A stretch of DNA of 64,000 bases from Macrostomum hystrix (lineage: Eukaryota > Animalia > Platyhelminthes): assembly GCA_950097015.1 (NCBI GenBank), contig CATNEN010000038.1, positions 16,554,001-16,618,000 on the forward strand. Direction: 5' to 3'. Of the stretch, positions 25,060 to 35,121 are shown one piece after another; within the stretch, counting starts at the first letter, position 1, and each line of letters begins with the position of its first letter. The translations under genes were made by a program, and so were the position numbers. The notes below the pieces were generated by a model. The model was not told the DNA's origin. It searched no databases and saw nothing but the letters and a program-made list of their open reading frames with translations.

Positions 25060-25821
25060 ATGCTACCATTTCCAATCTATTATCGATCTGTGAACTGCTC
25101 GGGTCTAACAGATCAGCAATTCGATGCACCGCTAGTTTCTGGCTTGAATGCGTCATTGAATATCAGCGATGTCGGCTGGTCGACTTGTCCCCAATTGCGC
25201 AATCAGGCTTACACATTTCTAGTGTTTAGCTGCGCCATTCTGTGCCTATCGTTGGCTTCAATGTTTGTTGAAAGCAATCGGCGAACAGAACCAGCTGTAG
25301 CCAGCATGGTATCATCGATGCTGTTGGCTGAGACTGTCATAGCGGTGTGCCTACTAGCCGACAGTCTAGCCTTTCTGGGCCTGGGCTTGTGTCGCAATTT
25401 TCCAACTGTTAATCTATCTCCAATTCTATCGCTGGCCATAGGCCTCAACCAATGGCTAGCTTCCGTGTGTCTGTTCTATAGAAATTGGCTGGTAGCTCTA
25501 ATCTCACTGACACGCTATCGAGTGTTCAGTCGGAATGGCGGCGGAGGCGGCGTCGGCGGAGGAGGTCACCATCGGGGCAGCGTAGTGTCGCATCGGGTTC
25601 GCGCCGAGCAGGCCAGCCTGCGTCAGTTTCGTCTGGCCAGCTGCTTGTTGCTAGGCAACGCCGGCTTATTCTGCGCATTCCTATCTTTGAAAACTGTAGG
25701 GGAAGTGTGCCTCGACCAGTCTTGGCTAGTTGGACCAGTTATGGTTGATCGATTCCTGCTGGCTATCAATAATGCTAGCCTATTTCTGGCTGTCAATACT
25801 GGGGTTGTGTTTCCGCTGCAG
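25060..25821 (+). CDS. Orphan rhodopsin-like 7TM GPCR, coding exon 1 (TM1 to start of TM5)
   Basis: N-glycosylation sequons in the N-terminus, hydrophobic helices, TM3 LISLTRY (DRY-like), ECL2 Cys; cag|gtgagt donor; start ATG inferred. Confidence 0.75.
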
Positions 25822-26123
25822 GTGAGTTTGTTGCGCTTCTTGGAAAATTTTGATTGCTCTTTGACAATCAGAAGTCTAGCAGGTCTCAGTTTTAAATTTT
25901 TTATTTTAAATCTCTATTATTTATCAAAAACGAAATATGAAAAATCTATCCTTCCAGGAAATTAAGTCTCGTCTCATTTGAAACATGACATCTTTCCAGG
26001 AAATGATATTTCAAAGAATCCTTCTTTCCGGGAAATCAGGAAAATTCAAAACTATACGCCTTTCTAGGAAAAAATGTTTTGATTCTTAAAAACTCCTGCT
26101 TTAAATTATTTAACGATCTAGGC

Positions 26124-26997
26124 CAGGGATTGGCAAACTTCCGGGTTCGCGCCGCATTGACTAGAAATGTAAGATAGGAGTGAGATGAGACACAGGAGAG
26201 AAGATATGACAGAGGGAGATAAGACGCAGGAAAGATGAGACACAGGAGGGATGAGACACTGGAGAGATGAGACATGGGAGAGATGAGACACGGGAGAGAA
26301 GAGACACGGTAGTGATGAGACACGTTAGAGATGAGACACTGGAGAGATGAGACATGAGAGAGATGAGACACGGGAGAGATGAGACACGGGAGAGATGAGA
26401 CATGGGAGAGATGAGACACGGGAGAGATGAGACACGGTTGAGATGAGACACGTTAGAGATGAGACACGGTAGAGATGAGACACAGTAGAGATGAGACACG
26501 GTAGAGATGAGACGCGGAGAGATGAGACACGGTAGAGATGAGACACGGGAGAGATGAGACACGGGAGAGATGAGACACGGTAGAGATGAGACACGGGAGA
26601 GATGAGACACGGGAGAGATGAGACACGGTAGAGATGAGACACGGTAGAGATGAGACACTGGAGAGATGAGACACGGGAGAGATGAGACACGGGAGAGATG
26701 AGACACGGGAGAGATGAGACACGGGAGAGATGAGACATGGCAGAGATGTGACACGGGAGAGATGAGACACGGGAGAGATGAGACATGGTAGAGATGTGAC
26801 ACGGGAGAGATGAGACACGGGAGAGATGAGACACGGGAGAGATAAGACACGGGAGAGATGAGACACGGGAGAGATGAGACATGGGAGAGATGAGACACGG
26901 TAGAGATGTATCATGTATAGGTACTGTATAGGTGTCGGAAGGAGCAACGGGCCCGATGTGGGAGCTTCGAGGGCCGCATATTGCCCGTTGAGCCCTG
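26124..26997 (+). mobile_element. hAT (Charlie-like) MITE carrying about 45 copies of a 16-bp repeat (gagagatgagacacgg)
   Basis: caggg...ccctg ends; perfect 8-bp TSD atctaggc (26116-26123 and 26998-27005). Confidence 0.85.
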
Positions 26998-27234
26998 ATC
27001 TAGGCAGTTGAAATGTATAACTCTCTTTAAGAAATTAAATTTTTTTTAACAAAAAACCTACTTTTAGGTAATCAAATTTCTCAAAGATGGAGATTGGAAA
27101 TATTCTAGGGATACCTCATCCTGAATCCTGCTTTCGTGGAAATGAATTTAAATGAATAAAATGTTTTTTTAGGCCAAGGTTTTTGTTTCGAAAAAAACTC
27201 AGATTCATATTGTTATCCTATATTTCACTGCCAG

Positions 27235-27663
27235 GTTGTGTTACCCCTAGTAATTGGTCTGGCGTCATCTGGAGCGGTTCTAATCACCCTATATCGACAC
27301 ATTCAACAACAATCTGTGCGCAGCAATCGCAAACGATATAGGCGACCATTTGTTGCTTTCCTAGCAATGAATATTGCACTGATTGTGCTGTACCTGCCCA
27401 CTGTACTAATTAGAGTGCTGGTGCTATTGAACTACGCTTTGAACGATCTATTCTGGATTAGCAATATCCTGTGCTGCACAAACTCATTAACTAATGTGTT
27501 TGTGTATTTCTACTTGTGCAAAGCGTGCGGAAATCAGCAGCAACAGCAGCGTGTGCGACAGCAGCAGCAGCTGCAGCCACCGTTGCAATTACTAAATTTG
27601 CCTTCTGAACATCCTGAATTAGGCGGCTCACAATCTTTACTCGGTGCATCAAACGTAGAATGA
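27235..27663 (+). CDS. Orphan GPCR, exon 2 (TM5-TM7)
   Basis: ccag|gtt acceptor; TM6 VLYLP; TM7 NSLTNVFVY; spliced product about 396 aa. Confidence 0.78.
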   Translation, partial: VVLPLVIGLASSGAVLITLYRHIQQQSVRSNRKRYRRPFVAFLAMNIALIVLYLPTVLIRVLVLLNYALNDLFWISNILCCTNSLTNVFVYFYLCKACGNQQQQQRVRQQQQLQPPLQLLNLPSEHPELGGSQSLLGASNVE

Positions 27664-27877
27664 TCGACAGCGTGTTTAGTTGATTGAATTAATAGAACAT
27701 ATTTCATATATTTTTGTACTTATATTAGGCTAATAAAAACTTGCCTCTCTTATAATTTACTGTGCTCAAACCAACTGCAAAGTGTGCGGATTTAAAATTC
27801 ATTCAATTTTTCATTTCTAGTGTACTAAAAATCACTATCGTATTGTCATTAGCAAATTTCAATCATAATGTTTTAAT

Positions 27878-28537
27878 GTGTGAGTGTCACTAAAGTTTCA
27901 AATACTTGTCATTTGTAAGTGTCACTTAAGTGTCAAATACTTGTCATTTGTGAGTGTCACTTAAGTGTCAAATACTTGTCATTTGTGAGTGTCACTTAAG
28001 TGTCAAATACTTGTCATTTGTGAGTGTCACTTAAGTGTCAAATACTTGTCATTTGTGAGTGTCACTAAAGTTTCAAATAATTGTCATTTGTGAGTGTCAC
28101 TAAAGTTTCAAATACTTGTCATTTGTGAGTGTCACTTAAGTGTCAAATAATTGTCATTTGTGAGTGTCACTAAAGTTTCAAATACTTGTCATTTGTAAGT
28201 GTCACTAAAGTTTCAAATACTTGTCATTTGTGAGTGTCACTTAAGTGTCAAATACTTGTCATTTGTGAGTGTCACTAAAGTTTCAAATACTTGTCATTTG
28301 TAAGTGTCACTAAAGTTTCAAATACTTGTCATTTGTGAGTGTCACTTAAGTGTCAAATACTTGTCATTTGTGAGTGTCACTAAAGTTTCAAATACTTGTC
28401 ATTTGTGAGTGTCACTTAAGTGTCAAATACTTGTCATTTGTGAGTGTCACTAAAGTTTCAAATACTTGTCATTTGTAAGTGTCACTAAAGTTTCAAATAC
28501 CTGTCATTTGTGAGTGTCACCTAAGTGTCAAATACTT
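27878..28537 (+). repeat. 35-bp minisatellite (ttgtcatttgtgagtgtcacttaagtgtcaaatac), about 19 units
   Basis: Tandem array. Confidence 0.96.
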
Positions 28538-29391
28538 GCTAATCTTACTCATCATGAAGGGACAATAATGACGAATATCATTAATAGGTGAATCGAACAT
28601 CCGATTATTATTATTATTCTGAATTTAACAAGTCTTAGCCGAGCTGTGTATCGCTATTTTGTAGAATGTTTTTATCAATATAAAATATCTTACTGTTGAG
28701 AACGTGCAATTTTCGAGTAATTTTCTCAACTATATTTGACAGTAGTTTTTTGCCTTTTGTTATACTCGGCAGAAAGGCAGATTTGCACTTTAAAGCGAGT
28801 ACAGTTTCATCGGGTCGCAAATAAACTAGCTTAGATTCGCTTGTTTTAACTTGACAAACTATAAGCCTTCTCGGAATCAATGCCTAACTAATGGAGGACA
28901 TTGTACGCTATGCTTTTTGTGCATTAGTTCGGCTTTCATCGACGAGTGCCTAATTGCGGATTAGCTAGCGGGAAATGCTTAATATATCAATCTAACTTTT
29001 TGGTCCTAAAAAACTATGCGAGATCAAAAAGTATTTAATTCCACACGTTTCTATCCGTTTGTATCAGATTCTTCAAATGGAAAGGAAAAAACATCTTTGG
29101 AGGGTTTTTCGCTTTGAAGATTTTCACTTTGGTTGAAGAAGACAGAGATTTCCTTTTTATGATGGATTAGCAGCGTGCTCTTTTTTCCGCTGTGTAATTC
29201 CTGCTCACGATTTGAGATTTTATCGCTAACAATAAAAATTCTATAATTTAACTTCATTTTGCTTTAAAGCAGTTGTTTTTTCATCAAGATAAAAATTATA
29301 TATATAGCTTTTTGATTTGTCGTTTTCAATAAATTTTTGTCACTTAAAGTGTACGAGTAAATTAAGGGTAGGGCTGCTGTGTCGTGACTCT

Positions 29392-29745
29392 GGCTAGAGC
29401 GAGAGTACATTGAGGGTTAGGGCTGAGGTGGGCTAGAGCGAGTGTACATTGAGGGTTAGGGCTGAGGTGGGCTAGAGCGAGTGTACATTGAGGTTAGGGC
29501 TGAGGTGGGCTAGAGCGAGTGTACATTGAGGGTTAGGGCTGGGGTGGGCTAGAGCGAGTGTACATTGAGGGTTAGGGCTGAGGTGGGCTAGAGCGAGTGT
29601 ACATTGAGGGTTAGGGCTGAGGTGGGCTAGAGCGAGTGTACATTGAGGTTAGGGCTGAGGTGGGCTAGAGCGAGTGTACATTGAGGTTAGGGCTGAGGTG
29701 GGCTAGAGCGAGTGTACATTCGGGCTTCGGCTGGGGTGGGCTAAT
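29392..29745 (+). repeat. 38-39-bp G-rich minisatellite containing TTAGGG
   Basis: ctagagcgagtgtacattgagggttagggctgaggtggg, about 9 units. Confidence 0.95.
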
Positions 29746-29960
29746 GCGCGTATAGATCGAATGGAAGTCGGCTTAATTCTAGTGTAAATTTTGGATGCAG
29801 GACTCCTGTAGGCCAAAACAGGTGGTTGTAGCGGTTTCATGTCAACGCAAAAGTTAAATATACAATTTTCTCAAGCTAATCTACCCCGTTATCTCATTTC
29901 AGCTAGTCATCCTTTGCAAGCTACTAATCCGTCACCATTATCCGAACCTTTAATCCTCAC

Positions 29961-30825
29961 ATGCAATCCGTGCTCAGAGAGATTGTGAATCGCAATGTCT
30001 TGGAAGAAAATAAAAAAAAGAATAAGGATAGCACAATTAGAGAGGGGATATTTCGCGCTGTGCCTGCGGTTGTAATTCCGTCTACATCTGAAGCTGTCGC
30101 GGCTTCGTCAACTGTCGACAGTCCTGGCACCAGTCTTTACTCTCTGATTCGCAGCCGGCTCAATGTAGGCCGAACTGTTGACCATGAGAGCTCGGATGAT
30201 TTAGAAAATGAGCAGCCTGTGACTACTCAACAGGTAGAGACGGAGGATAATGAGCAGCCTGTGACTACTCAACAGGTAGAGACGGAGGATAATGAGCAGC
30301 TGTTAGCTTGTCCTTGCTTGAATGTCCAGCTAAGCGGACTGCAGGGACTAGCCGTCAGCCTGTCGGAGTCCATCAATGCCGAGCTGTCGAACATCGTCGC
30401 GGAGGACGCCGCGGCGGCTGATCGATCGAAACGCATTCTACTGTTGACACAGAAGCGGCAGCACGCCCTTGCCATCTTAGCTGCCGCTTCCAATGCTGAA
30501 CAGGAAGACTGCAGCAATGATAGCAGCTGTGCACAGCAGCAGCAGCAGCAACAGATGTACATGCTGAAAGTGTCCCAGGTTATCCTACCGATGCAATTAG
30601 ACCGTCTATTTGATCACGAGCGGCACTATTTTGTGTGCCTGTTTCGCTCGCCAATCGGTTGCTTATATGCGTCTGGCATGGCTGACTCCGGCCAGGTCGA
30701 CTTCAGCGAAGCCACCAACCTGCCTGTGCCCTGCGCTGTTAGCGTGCCCAGCCTGACAGCGGACTTTGAAGTCACCCTGCAGGTCTACTGGCTGCGACTG
30801 GGCTCCGATGCTCCGTTGTCTGCTG
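29961..30825 (+). CDS. Anillin/rhotekin-like protein (anillin homology domain), exon 1
   Basis: SKRILLLTQKRQ (Rho-binding-helix-like), LKVSQVILPM..HYFVCLFR..LTADFEVTLQVY (C2-like); g|gtgagc donor. Confidence 0.65.
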
Positions 30826-30842
30826 GTGAGCTGGGTACCTTG

Positions 30843-31130
30843 GTGTACACTCTCTTGGACTCCCTTCTATCGCAATGTACACTCTATTGGACTCTCTTCT
30901 ACCCCCGATGTACACTCTCCTGGATTCCCTTCTATCCCAATGTACACTCTCTTCGACTCCCTTCTTCCCAAATGTACACTCTCATGGACTCCCTTCTATC
31001 CCGATGTACACTCTCCTGGATTATTTTCTTCCCCAATGTACACTCGCCTCCCCTCTACTTCAATGTACACTTCTTCCCTCTACCCTATTGTACACTCTCC
31101 TGAAATCCTTTCTACCCCAATGTACACCAT
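30843..31130 (+). repeat. Degenerate 33-bp minisatellite (tgtacactctc...) in the intron
   Basis: tgtacact recurs about every 33 bp. Confidence 0.85.
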
Positions 31131-31176
31131 AATTTCGCAATGTACTTTGAATTATTATTTATTTAACCTAATTCTT

Positions 31177-31487
31177 AGGTTGTAGCCTAGTGGTTAGGGC
31201 GTCGGACTCACGACTTTAAGGTCGGGGGTTCGATTCCCGACTCCACTGGAACAATTTGCATCCTTTAGCAAGACACGTAACTCTGCATTGCTTCAGTTCA
31301 CCCAGCTGTTAAATGGGTACCAGGATCAGCTGGGATAATTGAAGGTGGGTGTGGCGTCCCCCCAGTCCATGGACTGAACAGCTGTACGCAGCCTTCAGAT
31401 GCGCCGCGCATTAGCTGCGGCTGTGCTGTCGGCTGCACATCTGACCCAATTGGGGCAGGTGTAATCAATTATTATTATTAATAATTA
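31177..31487 (+). mobile_element. tRNA-derived SINE, family 1 (CORE-like central domain)
   Basis: A box tagcctagtgg, B box ggttcgattccc, core-like cctttagcaagacac..ttcacccagctgttaaatgggtac, 3' stem-loop and (att)n tail; 3 other copies in the window. Confidence 0.88.
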
Positions 31488-31501
31488 TTTTTTAACCGCA
31501 G

Positions 31502-31800
31502 GCGGCTGCTCCTACCGAGTGCCCAACAAACGTCGCCGTTTTTTTCCTCGACTCGGTGTAAAATCACTGCTCCCGGCAGTTGGTTCTGATCAGCAGCAGC
31601 ACCGGGCAGCTTCCAGATCTGACGGTCAGTTTGTCCTGCTTGGCGAGGCGCCGGTCACAATGGAACTGGTCCGGTTGAGCGCCGGCTGCGTCAGCATCGA
31701 AGCGCCGTCCATTGGTGCCTGTCCGCTGGTTGGTCACATCAGCCTCCGATGCGGTGTCCAAATCGACGCTTCGGCTGGGCAGCGCTGGCGACCGACCTAG
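31502..31800 (+). CDS. Anillin-like protein, exon 2 (last)
   Basis: ccgcag|gc phase 1; GQFVLLGEA..PLVGHISLRC resembles the end of the anillin homology domain. Confidence 0.65.
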
Positions 31801-31999
31801 AATTCCGAGTTTCATCGGCATACAAAACAATGTCTTTTACATACAAATTTAACGTGTGCTTTACAGTCTATCTTTTAAGCAGTGGATCATTGTGTATAGA
31901 ATCTATAAACTGTATTAAAATTATTTATTAATATTTTGTATTTCTGTTTACCATTCTATTATTACTGACGGGTTGAATTCAGTCTCCCCGATTTGTAGA

Positions 32000-32960
32000 T
32001 TCAGCAGATTCCTAAACTGGATCGATTCCTATCTCGGCAGATTATACTTATTTAGTTCGATCCCAATTTCGGCCATTCCTAAACTCGTTCTATTCAGATT
32101 TGGGCAGATTCCTCAACTAGTTTAAATTCCCAGTTCGGCAGATTCCTAAACTGGTGCGATTCCCATTTCAGCCGATTCTTAAATTTGGTTGATTCCCATT
32201 TCAGCCGATTCTTAAATTTGGTCGATTCCCAGTTCGGCAGATTCCTAAACTGGTTCGATTCCCATTTCAGCCGATTCTTAAATTTGGTTGATGACCAGTT
32301 CGGCAGATTCCTATACTGGTTCGATTCCCATTTCAGCAGATTCCTCAACTAGTTTAAATTACCAGTTCGGTAAATTCCTAAACTGGTTCGATTCCCATTT
32401 CAGTAGATTCTTAAATTTGGTTGATTCCCAGTTCGGCAGATTCCTAAACTGGTTCGATTCCCATTTCAGCAGATTCCTCAACTAGTTTAAATTACCAGTT
32501 CGGCAGATTCCTAAACTGGTTCGATTCCCATTTCAGTCGATTCTTAAATTTGGTTGATTCCCAGTTCGGCAGATTCCTAAACTGGTTCGATTCCCATTTC
32601 AGCAGATTCCTCAACTAGTTTAAATTACCAGTTCGGCAGATTCCTAAACTGGTTCGATTCCCATTTCAGCCGATTCTTAAATTTGGTTGATTCCCAGTTC
32701 GGCAGATTCCTAAACTGGTTCGATTCCCATTTCAGCCGATTCTTAAATTTGGTTGATTCCCAGTTCGGCAGATTCCTAAACTGGTTCGATTCCCATTTCA
32801 GCAGATTCCTCAACTAGTTTAAATTACCAGTTCGGCAGATTCCTAAACTGGTTCGATTCCCATTTCAGCCGATTCTTAAATTTGGTTGATTCCCAGTTCG
32901 GCAGATTCCTAAACTGGTTCGATTCCCATTTCAGCCTATTCCTAAATTGGTTAGGCAGAC
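32000..32960 (+). repeat. About 35-bp minisatellite with 70/105-bp higher-order units (gattcccagttcggcagattcctaaactggttc...)
   Basis: Tandem array. Confidence 0.93.
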
Positions 32961-33522
32961 TCCTAATTTGATTCCTCGTAATCTTGAAATCCCATTTATT
33001 TGATATCTCTTATTACTCACTAGGACTAGACTTTAATTTCGTCAGATTCTTTTTTGGTCGATACCAAGTTTACTAACAAACTAATTTCTTCGAATCGGGG
33101 ACAAATAATATTTTAAAACATTGCGCAACTTATTGACAGTTAAACTACTTTTTTATCTGCTGCTGACTGCTGGTGCATTTTTTGTCCGACAATTTTTCGA
33201 TAGTTACATTTTTTATCGAATATCAACGCTCAGCTTTTACTAGCTTAGTTAGGCATTTGAGTAAATTTTACTTTAAGTCGACGCAAAAAAAATTAATTTG
33301 ATAAACAACGGAAGCAGACAATTGTACTTTTATTCTCCTTGTTGCTTAGTTTTTTTGCGTTGAATGTAATGAAGGGATTTATTTTCAGGTTGATAAGTTA
33401 CAAACAAGGTTAATAAGTTGAGCACAGCTAGACATCTAATAACAGCTAGATGCTCAATTGGCATAGAATGAGGACTTTCTCCTGGCTGACAATTCTCTGA
33501 AGAGAAAAAACAATCTTATCAT

Positions 33523-33834
33523 ATAATAATAATAATTAATAATTAATTACACCTGCCCCAATTGGGTCAGATGTGCAGCCGACAGCACAGTCGCAGCTAA
33601 TGCGCGGCGCCTCTGAAGACTGCGTACAGCTGTTCAGTCCATGGACTGGGGGGACGCCACACCCACCTTCAATTATCCCAGCTGATGCTGGTACCCATTT
33701 AACAGCTGGGTGAACTGAAGCAATGCAGAGTTAAGTGTCTTGCTAAAGGACGCAAATTGTTCCAGTGGAGTCGGGAATCGAACCCCCGACCTTTAAGTCG
33801 TGAGTCCGACGCCCTAACCACCAGGCTACAACCT
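33523..33834 (-). mobile_element. SINE family 1 copy
   Basis: Reverse complement of 31177-31487, highly similar. Confidence 0.88.
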
Positions 33835-34912
33835 CTGCTACAACCCAAGGTGTAGCTGCTACACCTAGCTGTTATCATATATAGGTGTACACACCCTCCC
33901 GACCAAGTAAAAACGTTGACGCCACTACGTAAAAAGTTAATTTTCTTGAACTTTGAGCAGTCATTGGGTGCCGTCCCAATTTTCAAACATCAATTCACCG
34001 AAGCGTGCGGAATGCCAATCGAGCCAATATAAAATAGAATTCGTCCTTTGAAGCACGTTCTGTAATGGAATTATTCATTAGCATTAGCATGCTTAGTCAG
34101 TCGATCGTAGGCGGTACGGAATACATCAAAATCGATTGCGCCTCCGACTGCACAAAATGCCAATTGACTAATTCACTATTTGCCGCGTGCTCGCGTTTAT
34201 ATTTCACATTATAAGCTCGTAAGAGTAGTTCGTATTTCAAGATGGCACCGACACGTTCGCTTGGCCCACTGATGGACTGTGCTGACTTCTCATTTTTCTA
34301 TACATTTATATGCCGGCAAGCGTGGCCCATCGGGGGATTAGAAAGAATGCTCAACTGAACTCAACATTAGTATATGTAGCTAAATATTGCTTCTGCTAAC
34401 TATTTTTGCTGCATTTAAAATTGGCTTGAAAGTACGAGAATTTCGCTCAGAACTACCATTGTAGCAATACATTGCAGTTGAGCACTTTAATGAGTAGAGT
34501 ACATGCTAAATTATGAAAATTATTAAACTAAAAATCTGATTTTTTAAATCTGCTCAGACACGCATCAAAAAGAGATTTTCGCACCGCGCCAATCCCAATC
34601 TGAATCTAAATCTAAATCTAAATCCCAATCTAGGCGTGTCGGCTGGCTACCCTAGTTGGGATCAATTTAAACAAGAGCCCATGAATAAGTACATGTGCGC
34701 CATCGTACATATGTTGCTAATTTAATATCAAGTCCTTCACTTAAGTGACGGTGATGAGTACGAGTTCATTTCCGAGAAGTACAACTGGAACCGCAGCCGA
34801 AAATGTTCAAACCGCAGACAAAGCTAGCCAAGCCTTCGTTGGTTGAGCGAGAAACGATTTAGAATCGTCAAGAGCTAACAGGCATAACAGGAAAATTGGC
34901 CGATTTTGTTTC

Positions 34913-35089
34913 TGTCATGAGTATAGCGTCTGTGCACAAGTTTGTACACCCGTCTAGGTGTACATGCTAGCGTTCTCTCTCTCATGCCACCATATTATGT
35001 AATCGCGTCTGGCTCTGCGTGTGCTACTTATATATCGGCTGAAGCCAAATAGATTGGTTAGAGCTTTGCTCTCGTCCGCGCTCATCACA
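34913..35089 (+). repeat. 5' LTR
   Basis: Identical to 39459-39635 except C34988/T39534. Confidence 0.97.
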
Positions 35090-35121
35090 TGGCATCGCAA
35101 GCTACAGTAATTTCATAGTGC

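Noticed and set aside
21262-26947. SHLSRVSSLPCLISP-type and ERETRERV-type ORFs (also 47876-48735)
   Set aside because: Translations of the 16-, 21- and 24-bp minisatellites
29392-29745. Interstitial telomere or chromosome fusion site
   Set aside because: Only one TTAGGG per 39-bp unit, with no (TTAGGG)n run
31177-31250. Possible tRNA gene (CAC anticodon-like loop); same at about 33765-33834 and 62030-62097
   Set aside because: No proper acceptor stem, and it continues into a shared body and ATT tail, so it is a SINE head
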